Virus record (IMG/VR): IMGVR_UViG_3300036761_004198
Reading direction: 5' to 3' (one strand)
DNA: 64,000 nt
Origin: an uncultured virus (IMG/VR IMGVR_UViG_3300036761_004198)
Lineage: Duplodnaviria; Heunggongvirae; Uroviricota; Caudoviricetes
Part shown: positions 46,481-57,900 of the stretch, in pieces
Layout of the letters: every line of letters begins with the position of its first letter
How positions within the stretch are numbered: the first letter of the stretch is position 1
Notes under the pieces: generated by a model
What the model was told of the DNA's origin: nothing
Database searches by the model: none
The model's input: the letters and a program-made list of their open reading frames with translations, nothing else
Position numbers and translations under genes: made by a program

Positions 46481-46804
46481 TCACGGGCCTGGCGGCTTTG
46501 CGGTGATGAGATCCATGACCTGATTCAGCCGCTTCATTTCAGCCGCGGTAAGATCGTTCTCGGCCGCACGGCGAAGATCATCCAACACTTCCCCAAGCCA
46601 GAACTGCCGATCGACGGCGCTCCCCTTGGGCACGCGTTTCATGTATGGGCACAGTGCTGGTTGTGCCGGAGCCTTGAGTGGGCCGGCCCAGCGGGCGGCG
46701 TGGTTGGCGAGCTGAAGGTACTTGTCGAGCGTCTTGGTCGACGATCGTGAGAGCACAGCATTGATCTCGCGGTCGAGCTGCGCGGTCGTTTTCTTCATCG
46801 CCAT
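46481..46804 (-). CDS. hypothetical protein, N-terminal tag
   Basis: MKKTTAQLDREINAVL. Confidence 0.8.
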   Translation of the reverse strand: MAMKKTTAQLDREINAVLSRSSTKTLDKYLQLANHAARWAGPLKAPAQPALCPYMKRVPKGSAVDRQFWLGEVLDDLRRAAENDLTAAEMKRLNQVMDLITAKPPGP

Positions 46805-46992
46805 GCCCTTCCGATGACTCCTCAGGATCCTACTACGCCGCCGCTCGCGCGCCTACGCGCGCGCCTCGGGTCGCATCTTCTTTGGCCAGCCACAGAGGTC
46901 CTTGCTCATTGCCCACACGGGCCGGCGGGCGAGGCACCACAGGAGGAAGCGCCCGTTCCAGTACATCAGATCCGAAGGCGCCTGCATGCAGG

Positions 46993-47040
46993 TACGCTAG
47001 TCGGACCCTCTGACGATACGCTAGTCGGACCCTCTGACGA
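46993..47040. repeat. perfect 24-bp tandem duplication
   Basis: tacgctagtcggaccctctgacga x2. Confidence 0.9.
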
Positions 47041-47109
47041 TCGAATTGCCGCCGGCCGCAGCCTGAAGTACAAACGTCCACGAGGACCTCCCACACGCAT
47101 GCAACACTC

Positions 47110-47874
<765 letters not shown>

Positions 47875-47875
47875 C

Positions 47876-48418
47876 TCAACTGCCGCGCTGCCGCAGGAAT
47901 TCGGTGATCTCGCGGTCAAGCTGCCGCGAGGGCTTGCCGCCTTTTTGCACCTTCGTGAAGCCTTTGACCTGCGCTTCGATGACAGCTCCTCCGATGCCCG
48001 CGTAGGGCCCGAGCGCCTGAAGCACGATCTTCGACTGCCGCTTGTCGTTGTCGATCAGCGCGTCGCGCGCAACGTCGAGGACGGCGGGATCGAGCGTTGT
48101 CGGGATATAGATCGTAACCGCGCCCGTGTGCCAGCGCGGTCCCGACGTTTCCTTGACGATGAGAACGTCGCCATACGCAGGACCATCAGCGATGATCCGA
48201 TCTCCCGTTGCGGGAACCTGTCCAAAGAAATCACCGTCGGAGCTCTCGCGATACACGACGGGTCCGGTGAACGGGGCGCCCGCACGAGAAAGGTCGTGAC
48301 GGTAGTTCCATGAAGGATCGACCTCTTCGACGTAGACCACCCACCCTCGCCAGGCTCTCAACGTGGGCTTGAAGAGCTTCTTGACGGCCGGGTGCGTCTT
48401 GCTGATCTGGATGCGCAT
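47876..48418 (-). CDS. paralog of 4601..5170, C-terminal tag
   Basis: MRIQISKTHP...KPSRQLDREITEFLR. Confidence 0.85.
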   Translation of the reverse strand: MRIQISKTHPAVKKLFKPTLRAWRGWVVYVEEVDPSWNYRHDLSRAGAPFTGPVVYRESSDGDFFGQVPATGDRIIADGPAYGDVLIVKETSGPRWHTGAVTIYIPTTLDPAVLDVARDALIDNDKRQSKIVLQALGPYAGIGGAVIEAQVKGFTKVQKGGKPSRQLDREITEFLRQRGS

Positions 48419-48431
48419 GGTCGATCCTTCA

Positions 48432-48926
48432 CTACTCGACGAGGGTCGCCCCGGCGCGCGCGGCTGCGGCGCGGCCCGCCTTTGTGAACGGGCCAACCGC
48501 GACCAGATCGGACGAGACCTCGGATCGGTACGCGTCGAACAGGACCTGCGCGAGCCCCCGTCCGCGCGCATCCGCATCGACCCAGACGTGATGCACGTAG
48601 GGACGTTCGTGCTCGACGGCGTAGGCGAGGCCGGCCAGCGGATCTTCGACGCCGCCCTTGGGCAAGACGATCAAGATCCGCCCGCCGCGCCCGCCGCCGA
48701 TGTTCTTGCCGGTCGTGAAGATCAGCTCCCACGCCTCCGGGACGCCCACGAGCGCGATCTCGATAGTCTCTCGCCGCGTGATGCGCTCGCCGATGAGCGC
48801 CTCGTGCACGCGCTCACGCGTCACGCGCTCCATGCCACCGTTGCCGTTGCTGCCCTTGGGTGCGAGCACCTGGCTGATCTCGCGATCGAGCTGCTTGGCC
48901 GACTTCTTCTTTGGTGTGCGCGGCAA
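48432..48926 (-). CDS. tagged GNAT-like acetyltransferase
   Basis: TTG start after GAGGAG; KKKSAKQLDREISQVL; VHHVWVDADARGRGLAQVL (acetyl-CoA motif A). Confidence 0.75.
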   Translation of the reverse strand: MPRTPKKKSAKQLDREISQVLAPKGSNGNGGMERVTRERVHEALIGERITRRETIEIALVGVPEAWELIFTTGKNIGGGRGGRILIVLPKGGVEDPLAGLAYAVEHERPYVHHVWVDADARGRGLAQVLFDAYRSEVSSDLVAVGPFTKAGRAAAARAGATLVE

Positions 48927-48928
48927 CG

Positions 48929-49438
48929 CTACTCCTCGCTCTCCGCTCTCTTGATGGCCGTTTGTACCGCCCTCTCCAGCGCGGACTGCTGACCCTTCGT
49001 CAGCTTCTTCCACGCCGCGCGCGCCATGTCCTCCGGCGACTGCCACTCGTAGGCGGCGATCATCTGCGTGAGCGCCGCGGAGCGGTTCATACGCGGGCTC
49101 GCGAGCACACGCTTGGCCAGCTGCATCGATCCGTAACCGTAGTTGCCGTTGAGCAGCCAACCGACGCGCTCGCCGACGATCTCGGGGTGATCCCGCATCG
49201 CTTCGAGGAACTCCGCCTGGGCCTCCTTGCGCTCGGCGAGGGGCGCCCGCCGCAGATCGTCGAGCTTACGATGTGCGTCCGCCAGCTCGCGACGCTCGTA
49301 CTCGGACTGACTCGGGGCGCCGGAACGAGACGGCGGCGCGGCGGCGGCCTGCTTCTTCTGGCGCATGTGCAACACCTCGTCGATCTCGCGGTTGAGCTGC
49401 GCGCCGCTCTTCTTGCCGTTGGAGCCGTTGTTCGCCAT
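48929..49438 (-). CDS. hypothetical protein, N-terminal tag
   Basis: GKKSGAQLNREIDEVL. Confidence 0.85.
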   Translation of the reverse strand: MANNGSNGKKSGAQLNREIDEVLHMRQKKQAAAAPPSRSGAPSQSEYERRELADAHRKLDDLRRAPLAERKEAQAEFLEAMRDHPEIVGERVGWLLNGNYGYGSMQLAKRVLASPRMNRSAALTQMIAAYEWQSPEDMARAAWKKLTKGQQSALERAVQTAIKRAESEE

Positions 49439-49915
49439 CTGTCGTACCTTCCTCTGGAGCCTATGGGAGTCTCGCCTAGATCCCGCCCTTGAGCTAGGAT
49501 TGCGCTTTCGCGATCACATTCGTGATTGCGCGGATTGAAACACCAGCTCCTTGACGTACTGCCCGCGCTCAAGCTTCTTCACGACACCAGCACCAGGTCG
49601 GAGATCGGAAAGATCCACGGGCCGCGCCCGATCTGCTTGTGCCACTCGATCACGTAGGCGTCATTGCCGACGACCCGCTCGACCGCGGCCATCCCGCCAT
49701 CGGGGAGCATCACGACGTCCCCAGGCCGTAGCTCGTCACGCCCATCACGCCCATCACGCCCTTCAAGCTCTTGCTGCATCACGACGACCCTCCAGATAAG
49801 AGCTGCCTCCAGAACGCGACCCAGCGGCGACAGCAGCACGCCAGGCGTAGGCCGCGGGTGCCGCGCGCGTAGCCGCACACGGCGCACGTCGTGGTGTACT
49901 GGAACACGTCACGCG

Positions 49916-50317
49916 TCATGGAGCGGTCTCGTCACCGGGCTCGTCACCGGGCTCGTCGCCGGGCTCGCTGCCGGGCGTGGTGCCGGCCATCTCCAGCTCG
50001 GCATGCACGTAGCGCGTCAGCTCGCGCTCGATCGTGCCGTCCGAGAGCGTCGCCGCGGCGAGATCGCCCGTCTTGATGCCGAGCTTGTCCTGGATCACGG
50101 CGCACGCCGCGTCGACTGCGCGCTCGACGAGCGCCTCGATCGCGACCTCACACGTGCGGATCGCGTGCTGGCCCACATGTCCGTGGTCGCCGCGGAACGA
50201 CCGCAGCGCGTTGTTCCACGTCGCGCGGTTGATGAGCCCGCGCGTGTAGAGCACGTTGATGGATGCTTGCGTCAGCTCGGTCTTCGGCTCGGTCTTCGCC
50301 TCGGTCTTCACAGTCAC
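49916..50317 (-). CDS. hypothetical protein with (EPGD)n tail
   Basis: AAAGGGAG RBS. Confidence 0.65.
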   Translation of the reverse strand: MTVKTEAKTEPKTELTQASINVLYTRGLINRATWNNALRSFRGDHGHVGQHAIRTCEVAIEALVERAVDAACAVIQDKLGIKTGDLAAATLSDGTIERELTRYVHAELEMAGTTPGSEPGDEPGDEPGDETAP

Positions 50318-50328
50318 GTCTCCCTTTC

Positions 50329-50748
50329 TCAGTGCCAGTCGAGAATGATCTTCGTGTCAGGCGGCAGCGCGCGGATGTACGCCGCGATCGACGCTTGATA
50401 CGGCCCGTATCCGCAATGACCGTCATAGCGAAAGTGCTCCTCCAGCCACGGCAAGAGATGCTGCGCGGTCACGACCTCGTACGGTGTGCCGTAGGAATCC
50501 TTGGCGCGGATCGTCCCGTACATGGGCTCGCCCTGGTGGTAGCCCTCGCTAACGCGCGCGCCCACGAAGGACGAGACATCGTGATTGGCGGGCATCTTCG
50601 AGAGATGCGGCTTCACCATCTTCTCGAAGGCGTCGTAGTCGTCCTGCCCGACGCCGCCCAGTTCCAAGATCGTGTGCGTGAAGCCCCACACGCGCTCGTT
50701 CTCTTCGCGCCAGTGCTCGCAGGGCAAGAGCCGAAGATCGATGCCCAT
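50329..50748 (-). CDS. hypothetical protein
   Basis: tiles downstream of PAPS-reductase-like gene. Confidence 0.75.
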   Translation of the reverse strand: MGIDLRLLPCEHWREENERVWGFTHTILELGGVGQDDYDAFEKMVKPHLSKMPANHDVSSFVGARVSEGYHQGEPMYGTIRAKDSYGTPYEVVTAQHLLPWLEEHFRYDGHCGYGPYQASIAAYIRALPPDTKIILDWH

Positions 50749-50749
50749 G

Positions 50750-51982
50750 TCAGGCTGCTTCCTTCGTCGCCGTCGTCTTCGGGCTCGGCGCCGTCTTCGG
50801 GGTCTTCTTCGGCGCTAGCTTGCGCGCCGCCTTCTTCGCGGCAGCCGCTTCCTTCACCGCCTTCTTCGCCATCAGATCGGCGTAGCGATCCAGGATCGCC
50901 TGCGCGTCCGTCCGCTCGATCTGGAGGCCGATTGCGTCCGCGACTTCGCGGCGAACCTCGGCGAGCAGCTCGGCCTCTTCGCGCGTTGGCATCACGGTGG
51001 GCCAGCCCCTGGTGTACAAGAGGTGCTTGGGGATCCGCTTCTGCGCGAGCTTGGACCGCTTCGCACGCTCCTTCGCGCGCAGGAGCCCCTCGCGCTGGTC
51101 GGCCGTCAGAAGGTGCGGTGCGACGTCGCCGAGCCAACGGGATCCCTGGAACGCGAACGCGCTCGTGATCTCCAGATCGACCATCTCGCGGTAGAGCGCG
51201 GCGTGCGTCGGGTTCGACGCGGAGGCAGCGAGGTCGCTGCCGTTGGCCATAATGCAGAACGCGCACGAGATGCGGGACATCCCGAACCGCGAGTAGCCTT
51301 CGTGCATCTCGAAGCCCCGCGCCGCGCAGTACGCGAACACGTCGTTCGCCGTCCACGCCGCGATCGGGTTCCAGTCGACGCCGGTCGTGCCGAGCGTCTT
51401 CTTGTCGAGCAGATCGTTCTCCTCGGACGTCAGCGCGTCGCTGCGCTCCTTGGACTCGTCGCGGCGCACGCCGCACGCGCTGATGATGCGCTTGCCCGGG
51501 AAGCGGCGGACGAGCGCCGTCGCGATCGGGTGCGACTTCAGCTCGCTCGTGCAGAACCGCATGCCGGGAGTCGACCACGGCAGGATGATCGTGACGCACG
51601 AGAGCTGCGCGTAGCGGCGGATGTTGTCGCGCCAACGCTGGAGCCAGCGATCCATCATGTCGCCGGACTCGCGGCGAACGACGAGCAGCGGAACGCTGAG
51701 GAAGGTCGCGAGCCGCTCGCAGGTCGGCAGCGAATCGCTCCACTCGACGCGGCCGAGATCGGCATGCACGAGCACGACCTCGCCGCGGTGGCCGATCGAG
51801 CGCAGGTACTCGACCGTCGCAATCGCGGCGGCGCACGAGTCCTTGCCACCGGACACGCCGATCGCGACCGGGGCATCCGCTGCAAGCAGATCGGTGATCG
51901 TGACATCGACCTCGACACCACGGTCGATCAAAGCCGCCATCACCGGCCGGCGGACGCGGAGCGTCACGAGCGCGGGCGTCAC
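50750..51982 (-). CDS. PAPS reductase family protein 3
   Basis: VSGGKDS, HADLG.VEW, RFCTSELK, GVRRDES..R, RISCAFCI. Confidence 0.9.
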   Translation of the reverse strand: MTPALVTLRVRRPVMAALIDRGVEVDVTITDLLAADAPVAIGVSGGKDSCAAAIATVEYLRSIGHRGEVVLVHADLGRVEWSDSLPTCERLATFLSVPLLVVRRESGDMMDRWLQRWRDNIRRYAQLSCVTIILPWSTPGMRFCTSELKSHPIATALVRRFPGKRIISACGVRRDESKERSDALTSEENDLLDKKTLGTTGVDWNPIAAWTANDVFAYCAARGFEMHEGYSRFGMSRISCAFCIMANGSDLAASASNPTHAALYREMVDLEITSAFAFQGSRWLGDVAPHLLTADQREGLLRAKERAKRSKLAQKRIPKHLLYTRGWPTVMPTREEAELLAEVRREVADAIGLQIERTDAQAILDRYADLMAKKAVKEAAAAKKAARKLAPKKTPKTAPSPKTTATKEAA

Positions 51983-52251
51983 AGCGATCCCCCGGTCTGG
52001 AGGTGGCAGCGGGTGTTGTTCTCGCAGTAGCCGCGCCAGTGCGCGACCAGCCGGGCAGCCGACGTGATCGTCGCGCGTGCGTCCAGCGAGTGATCGCCGT
52101 ACAGGCCGCCCGAAAGCACGAAGCGATCGTCGACCAGGCGCGCCGTCAGGAAGAGATCCCCGACGCGGCAGGTCAGCTCTTCGCCCGCGGCGCGGAGCGT
52201 GCCGGCGATCGTGCCGACCTCGATGTCCGAGTGGATGTCGATCATCTTCAT
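51979..52251 (-). CDS. stand-alone HWRG-domain protein
   Basis: GGLYGDHSL...SAARLVAHWRGYCENN. Confidence 0.75.
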   Translation of the reverse strand: MKMIDIHSDIEVGTIAGTLRAAGEELTCRVGDLFLTARLVDDRFVLSGGLYGDHSLDARATITSAARLVAHWRGYCENNTRCHLQTGGSL

Positions 52252-52265
52252 GTTCTGCTGTTACT

Positions 52266-52396
52266 TCACGCCGGATGCCAGGTAGTTACCCGCACCAGCG
52301 GACCGTAACGTATCGATCTGACGATACGGGTAGCTGCATACCCGGGCGAGACGTTCACGAGGCGTAGAGCCCTGGACACTGGGTGGTTACGCACCC
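52266..52396 (-). promoter_or_regulatory. class I cassette: palindromes 52328-52343 and 52381-52396; TGGCATC-CGGC-GTGA 14 nt before ATG 52251
   Basis: -12 element is degenerate (GA). Confidence 0.7.
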
Positions 52397-53595
52397 GGGG
52401 CTGCGACGATGCGGGACGCGATCGCCGCACTCGACTCCCCCGTGGGCATGCCGCGCAGATCCGTGAGCGCTACCGCGGACACCACCGCGGTGATCGTCAG
52501 GCCGAGCTTGGTGGTCGCCGCCTTCACGCACGCGGTGTAGCGCGCGAGAGCTTCATCCGAGCAGGTACAGGCTCGGAGCGCCGTTCCGCGCCAGCCGCAC
52601 GGGCACGGGTTCGCGCTCGCCACGACAATCGGACGCGAAGCCTCCGGCATCTGACGGAGCGCGTCGGCAAGCGCTTCGATCGTCCCGCGCGCGAACTCGG
52701 CGATCTCGTCCAAGAACAAGATGCCGTGCGTCGCCAGCTGCACCTCGCCAGGACGGCGCGACGAACCGCCACCCACCAGCGCAGCGGTCGAGATCGTGTG
52801 ATGCGGCGCGCGGAACGGGCGCTGCGCCACGAGGCCGTCGGAGAGCCCGACCGCGCTGTAGGCGCGGGTCACCGCGATCTGCTCCTCACGCTTCATCTGC
52901 GAAAGCACGCTCGGGATCCGGCGCGCGATCATCGTCTTCCCCGCGCCCGGAGATCCCGACAGAAGAAGACCCGCGCGTGTCGTCACGGCCTGCTCCACCG
53001 CCCCGATCACCGCTGCGTCCTGACCGCGGACGTCGGCGAAGTCGAGCGCCGTGCGCGGCGGCGACGGCACCTTGGGCAGCGTCGCCTTCGTGGAGAGCGC
53101 CTGAGCGACGTCGGCGAGGTACGCGATCGCGTGCACGGCCAGATCGCCGTCGAGCGCTTCCAGGGCCTCGCGCGCATTGTGGGCGGGCAGCAGTACGCCG
53201 CGCAAGCCGAGCGCCTGCGCCAAGAGTGCCGCCTGGAGCGCACCGCGCACCGAGCGCACCGAGCCGTCGAGTCCCAGCTCGCCAGCGACAAGAAGGCCGT
53301 CGGTATCGACGCCCGCGATCGCCAGCGCGATCGGAAGATCGAGTGCCGAAGAGCAGAGCTTGGCGCCCCCCGCGTCGACGACGACCGTCACGCGGCCCGC
53401 GGGCCACGCGCACAGATCTGTCGACACGATCGCGGAGCGCACGCGCACGGAGATCTCCTTCACCTGGTTCGGCGACAGCCCCGCGCCCTCTACGTGAAAG
53501 CCAGGCAGCTTCGCCTTGTCGATAGAGCACTGGATCGAAACCGGACCTGCATCGAGGCTCACCGGACCCACAAGCGTGAACGACGTCATCGGCAT
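52387..53595 (-). CDS. comM: ComM/YifB-like Mg-chelatase-family AAA+ ATPase, truncated/degenerate
   Basis: DLPIALAI, GELGLDG, DFADVRGQ, GSPGAGKT, RPFRAPHH, LFLDE, ANPCPCG. Confidence 0.85.
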   Translation of the reverse strand: MPMTSFTLVGPVSLDAGPVSIQCSIDKAKLPGFHVEGAGLSPNQVKEISVRVRSAIVSTDLCAWPAGRVTVVVDAGGAKLCSSALDLPIALAIAGVDTDGLLVAGELGLDGSVRSVRGALQAALLAQALGLRGVLLPAHNAREALEALDGDLAVHAIAYLADVAQALSTKATLPKVPSPPRTALDFADVRGQDAAVIGAVEQAVTTRAGLLLSGSPGAGKTMIARRIPSVLSQMKREEQIAVTRAYSAVGLSDGLVAQRPFRAPHHTISTAALVGGGSSRRPGEVQLATHGILFLDEIAEFARGTIEALADALRQMPEASRPIVVASANPCPCGWRGTALRACTCSDEALARYTACVKAATTKLGLTITAVVSAVALTDLRGMPTGESSAAIASRIVAAPGA

Positions 53596-53608
53596 GTCGC
53601 TGTATGTT

Positions 53609-53801
53609 CCACGCGGAATGCCAACGCTGCGCCAGCCTAACGCATGGATCTAACACCGTGGGTAGCACAGCACCCGTGTGCTGCATTCACGAGCTCGTGG
53701 CGCCGCGGACACTGGGTAGATCGAAACCCTCCCTCAGATCGAACCGCGCACCAATGACTTGAAAGAGTGTGCGCTCGATCTGCGATCGGCACGCGACGCG
53801 C
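53609..53801. promoter_or_regulatory. divergent class I cassette: palindromes 53660-53675 and 53714-53729; TGGCATT-CCGC-GTGG (minus) and GGCACG-CGAC-GCGC (plus)
   Basis: 13 and 14 nt before ATGs 53595 and 53816. Confidence 0.8.
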
Positions 53802-53815
53802 ATTGGTCTCGAGGC

Positions 53816-54109
53816 ATGTCGAGCATCGACCTTTCGGCCACCCTGACGAGCCTCAAGACGACCGCCGCCACGCAGGTCGCGCAGTACCCGCAGTACCGGG
53901 GACACTTCGCGAGCTACCGACTCGTGCGCGTCACGCGTGACGTCAAGACGAAGATGGGCCTGGCGTTCGCCCGCGGCGAGTATGCGATCGCGACCGAGCA
54001 CAAGGACGAGCTGCCGGGACTGCCGTCCAGCGGGAAGTTCGCCACCGTCTGGTCACGGCGCAACCAGATCGACACCAGCGTTCGCGTGACGGACGTGGAG
54101 TGGATCTGA
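53816..54109 (+). CDS. hypothetical protein
   Basis: first gene after class I promoter. Confidence 0.75.
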   Translation: MSSIDLSATLTSLKTTAATQVAQYPQYRGHFASYRLVRVTRDVKTKMGLAFARGEYAIATEHKDELPGLPSSGKFATVWSRRNQIDTSVRVTDVEWI

Positions 54110-54393
54110 TGCTGATCCCGACCGTCCACCTGAACGGCACCGCGGGCGAAGTCCTACGCGACCAGTACAGCGCTGCTGTCACAGCGGTGCGCGAGGCGAT
54201 CGACGCGATCTGCGACGCCGGCCCAAACGCGCGTGACTATTACGTGCAGGGGCACGATGTGGCTCTCACCGCGCAGCGCGAGCACGAGAGCCGCGTCAAG
54301 GCGCTCAAGGGCGTACGCGACGAGCTTGCCGCGATCGTCGAAGGGATCCAGGACCAGCTCGACGCGCGCGACGCGACGCGGAGGTCGCGATGA
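54109..54393 (+). CDS. hypothetical phage protein
   Basis: PTVHLNGT...PNARDYY.QG. Confidence 0.7.
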   Translation: MLIPTVHLNGTAGEVLRDQYSAAVTAVREAIDAICDAGPNARDYYVQGHDVALTAQREHESRVKALKGVRDELAAIVEGIQDQLDARDATRRSR

Positions 54394-54464
54394 ACGCGAT
54401 GATCTGGCCGATCCAGGTGCAAGAGGTTCTTTCAGCCTCATACGATTCATGGCAGTATCTGGCC

Positions 54465-54671
54465 ATGTCCAAGACCTCCCCGAAGAAGACCAAACGCGGT
54501 GACGAGCGCGTCACCACGTACGTGCGCGTGAAGTCGGAGGAGCACGCGCTGATCGTGCAGATTGCCGAGAAGCGCGGCTGGCCGCACACGATCGCGAGCG
54601 TCGCCGCCGAGATGATCTCGCGGGGACTCAAGGCGGAGGTGGAGACGACGGCACCCGGAGCACGTCCGTGA
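54465..54671 (+). CDS. ribbon-helix-helix-like DNA-binding protein
   Basis: TTYVRV strand followed by two helices. Confidence 0.55.
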   Translation: MSKTSPKKTKRGDERVTTYVRVKSEEHALIVQIAEKRGWPHTIASVAAEMISRGLKAEVETTAPGARP

Positions 54672-55069
54672 GCAAGAAGAACCCCAAGAAGCTGGTCGTC
54701 GAGTTCGACGTCACCGATCTCTCGAAGGCCCAGATCGGCGCGCTAGAGGGACAAGCCGTCCCGCAAGGCGAGGCGTCCGACGGACAGGGCGGCAAGCGCT
54801 ACTACAAGGGCGAGACCGAAGGCCACCCCGACGCGCCTTTCCTCGGCTCGAAGGTCGCCAAACGCGGCAAGCGGAAAATCCTCGCCGTCGAGTTCGACGT
54901 CACCGGCTTCACCAAGAGCGAGATCGGTTACCTCGCGAGCGAAGTCGAAGTGCAAGCCGAAGAGAACGACGCGGGCCTCATCACCGACGGCGTCCCTCAG
55001 AACGTCGTGTATCCCAGCGTCTCCGTCACGAGCAAGGTCGTCGCGCGCGGCGCGGCGAGGTCCCGATGA
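54668..55069 (+). CDS. protein with two tandem FDVT modules
   Basis: VEFDVT.......IG.L......Q.E..D twice; related to 62701. Confidence 0.75.
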   Translation: MSKKNPKKLVVEFDVTDLSKAQIGALEGQAVPQGEASDGQGGKRYYKGETEGHPDAPFLGSKVAKRGKRKILAVEFDVTGFTKSEIGYLASEVEVQAEENDAGLITDGVPQNVVYPSVSVTSKVVARGAARSR

Positions 55070-57746
55070 CCGCCCAGACGAAGAAGATTTCCGTGGTCAC
55101 CCAAAACGGGAACTTCCAGGTCTTCTCGTCGCCGAAGGCGACGACGCGTCCGCTTCCCGTGATCACCGGTCCCGTGACCGTGTCGTTCAAGCACGAGGAC
55201 ACGGTCGGTGGTATGGCCGTGGGCCCCGTCGTCGTGACCGCGCGAGATCCCTACGAGGCGTGGCTCAAGATCCATGGTGTCTCTCACACCAGCACGCGCG
55301 GCGAGACGCGCTACCTGTGCCCGTACGGCTCCAAGCCTGAAGGTCGCCACGACCTCGGCTGGGTGACCTGGCACGTCGCTAGCGAGATCGCGGCCCACTA
55401 CGGCGTCGCGCTGGAGGAGTTCTAGTCATGTCCACCACCGTTGTTTTCATCCCTCACGAAAAGATCGCGCTGGAGCTGTGCATCGAGCTGGTCAAGCGCA
55501 GCAAGACCTTCCGCTGCGAGAAGACGCCGGGCGGCTGGGCGTTCGAGGTGTTTCCATGACCACCGTCATCGACAAGCTCAGGCGCATCGACGCCATGCTC
55601 GCGAAGCGGCCCCAGCTCTTGGGTTCCGATCGCGAGACCTACGATCGGATCTGGGCCCGGCTCGCGCGGGCCAACAGCGACAAGCGCCGCGCCGCGAAGC
55701 GCGGCGACCCGAAGAAGCTCGCCGCCGCCGAGCGGGCGATCGCGCGTGCAAAGGAAGCGCGTGATGCGCTCCTGGTGCCCGCGGTCGGTCACCTGTGGGC
55801 GCCCGCGCGCATCATCGCCAAGTTCGAGGGTCACTGGCACGGGAAGTCCGGCGCCGGGATCCACCGCCACGCGTGCGAGATGGTCCTCGATCACAAGGAC
55901 CTCTCTGGTCCCGAGTATCGGACCGTGCGCGTGCTCAAGGACGAGGGCGGACCGCCCACGAACGCGCGCGCTGCGCCCGACGTGATGGGCGTCGCGTGGT
56001 CCGCGATCGCCGATCAGATCCGCTGCGGGCAGATCGTCGTGCTCGGCGACGAGGAGCCGTCGTGACGCCGAGCCGCAGTGCTGCCCTGGGAGACGAGGTC
56101 GTGGATGAGATCGTCGATCGCGTCACCGCGTACCGACACCATCCGAAGTTCCGCCGCGCGGTCGTCGAGGCCCAGCGTCTCGTCATGAACTACCTGGCCG
56201 ATCACAACCGCACGAGCCTGGGGCCGCACGACCAAGACCTCGTCGAGCGGATCGCCTGCGCGATCCATTCAGCACGGATCGAGAGGGGCTACTAATGCTG
56301 ACCAAGCGCAAGAGTCACATGAAGAAGACCAAGAAGCCTGCGAAGCAGCCTGTGAAGCTCGACACCAACGGCGTTCCCCGCGCAGAGGCCGATCGGATCG
56401 CCGGAGCGATCATCGACAACGCGCTCGCGCGCTCGAAGACCAAGTCCAAGCCTCCCAGCGAGGCCGCCGCCGCCACCGCGATCGCGCGCGCCTATCTCGC
56501 CAGGGGAGGCTTCCGCGAAGATCCGACCGGCAAGAGTCCCGAGCGCATCGAGATCCAAGGCACGAGCTTCGACGACGACGGCTGCTACTTCGTCGACGTC
56601 CGCGTCTACGTCTCATCACTCAACATCGAGCACGTCGTTGACGGCAGTGTCTCTGCGGAGGACGCGTGAGCACGGCGCTCAAGACCGGCTCCCTCGTCTA
56701 CCGCGTGGTCGAGGTCGATCCGCCCGACGAGACGCTGTACACGTGGAAGGTCGCGTGCATCACCGTGGAGAAGGCCAGCGATCGCCAGGTTCGCCTCATG
56801 AAGCGCTTCGACGGTCTCGCGAACATCCTGTTCGAGCCTGACGCGCTCGGGCGCCTCTTCTTCGAGAGCCCGCTGCAAGCGATCCAGTTCTTCTTGACCG
56901 AGCGGCGCCTCGAGATGGAGTCGCTCGAACGCAAGAAGGCCACGGCCGAGCGTGCGATCGCATGGGCGACGAGCCAGGAAGGGATGGCGACGTGACACTG
57001 GAACCCAAGAGCCTCAAGAACGGAGCGCGCATCGAGCTACGCGACGACGAGACCAAGGAGTGGATCCCGCTGACGATCGTGTCGATCGTGCACGACAATG
57101 TCGAGTGCCGGACGCTCGCGAACGAGCCGATCCTCACGACGACGTCGGCACTGCTCAAGGACGCACGCCTGCGTCCGTATGACGGCTCATGCACGGACTG
57201 CGGCTACGAAGCGCACGACGGCCCTTGCGTGGAGCGCCGCTGCGCCGAGTGCGGAGCCGAGGTCGCGTCCCGCTGCTCGCAGCACCCCCAGCGCCCAGTG
57301 CATGTCTACCGGCGTGTGCGATACCTCGCAGAGATCATCGAGGACAAGCCGTACCCGACGCGCGAGCTGGTGCAGTCGCTGCGGCGTGACCTCCTGGAGC
57401 AGATGCAGACGCTCCGATCCGCAGAGGAGCCTCGCCAGGGGCGCGTCATGATCAAGGGGACCGATCGCTCCGACATCCTGTCCGCGATCGAGAACGCGGT
57501 TGCCTTGATCGACGCGCTGCCGAGTCCCAACAAGCGGAGGGCCTCATGATCAAGAGCTCGACGTCGGGCGTGAAGTTCCTCATCGAGTTTCGCTCGGGGT
57601 CCTTCTTCCGTGCGCTTGAGGATGACCACGGATCGTCGCGAGAGAACGCGCGTCGGTTCGACTCGCGAGAGGAGGCCGACGCCTTCGGGAACGCACACGA
57701 GTGGATCTGGTTCAACGGCGGCATGATCATTGAGGTCCCGTCATGA
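55066..57746 (+). other. run of small hypothetical ORFs (55066, 55556, 56295, 56666, 56992, 57546)
   Basis: tiling with stop/start overlaps. Confidence 0.65.
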
Positions 57747-57765
57747 CGGTCACGGTCGAGAAGGC

Positions 57766-57886
57766 GGGTACCTCCGTACCCGGCTCTCGAGCGCCACGCG
57801 GTCGTGACCGCGCCGCACTGGGTGCGGATCTACCCAGGTTTTGCCGACGCGAACTTGTGCCCGCGCACGGCCGGCATGCCGCGAGC
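57766..57886 (+). promoter_or_regulatory. class I cassette: palindromes 57766-57781 and 57820-57835; GGCATG-CCGC-GAGC 14 nt before ATG 57901
   Basis: conserved geometry. Confidence 0.85.
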
Positions 57887-57900
57887 ATTACTCGAACGTC

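Noticed and set aside
52387..53595. ComM-like ATPase as the sigma54 activator for the class I promoters
   Set aside because: No GAFTGA loop or DNA-binding HTH; the motifs are those of YifB/ComM.
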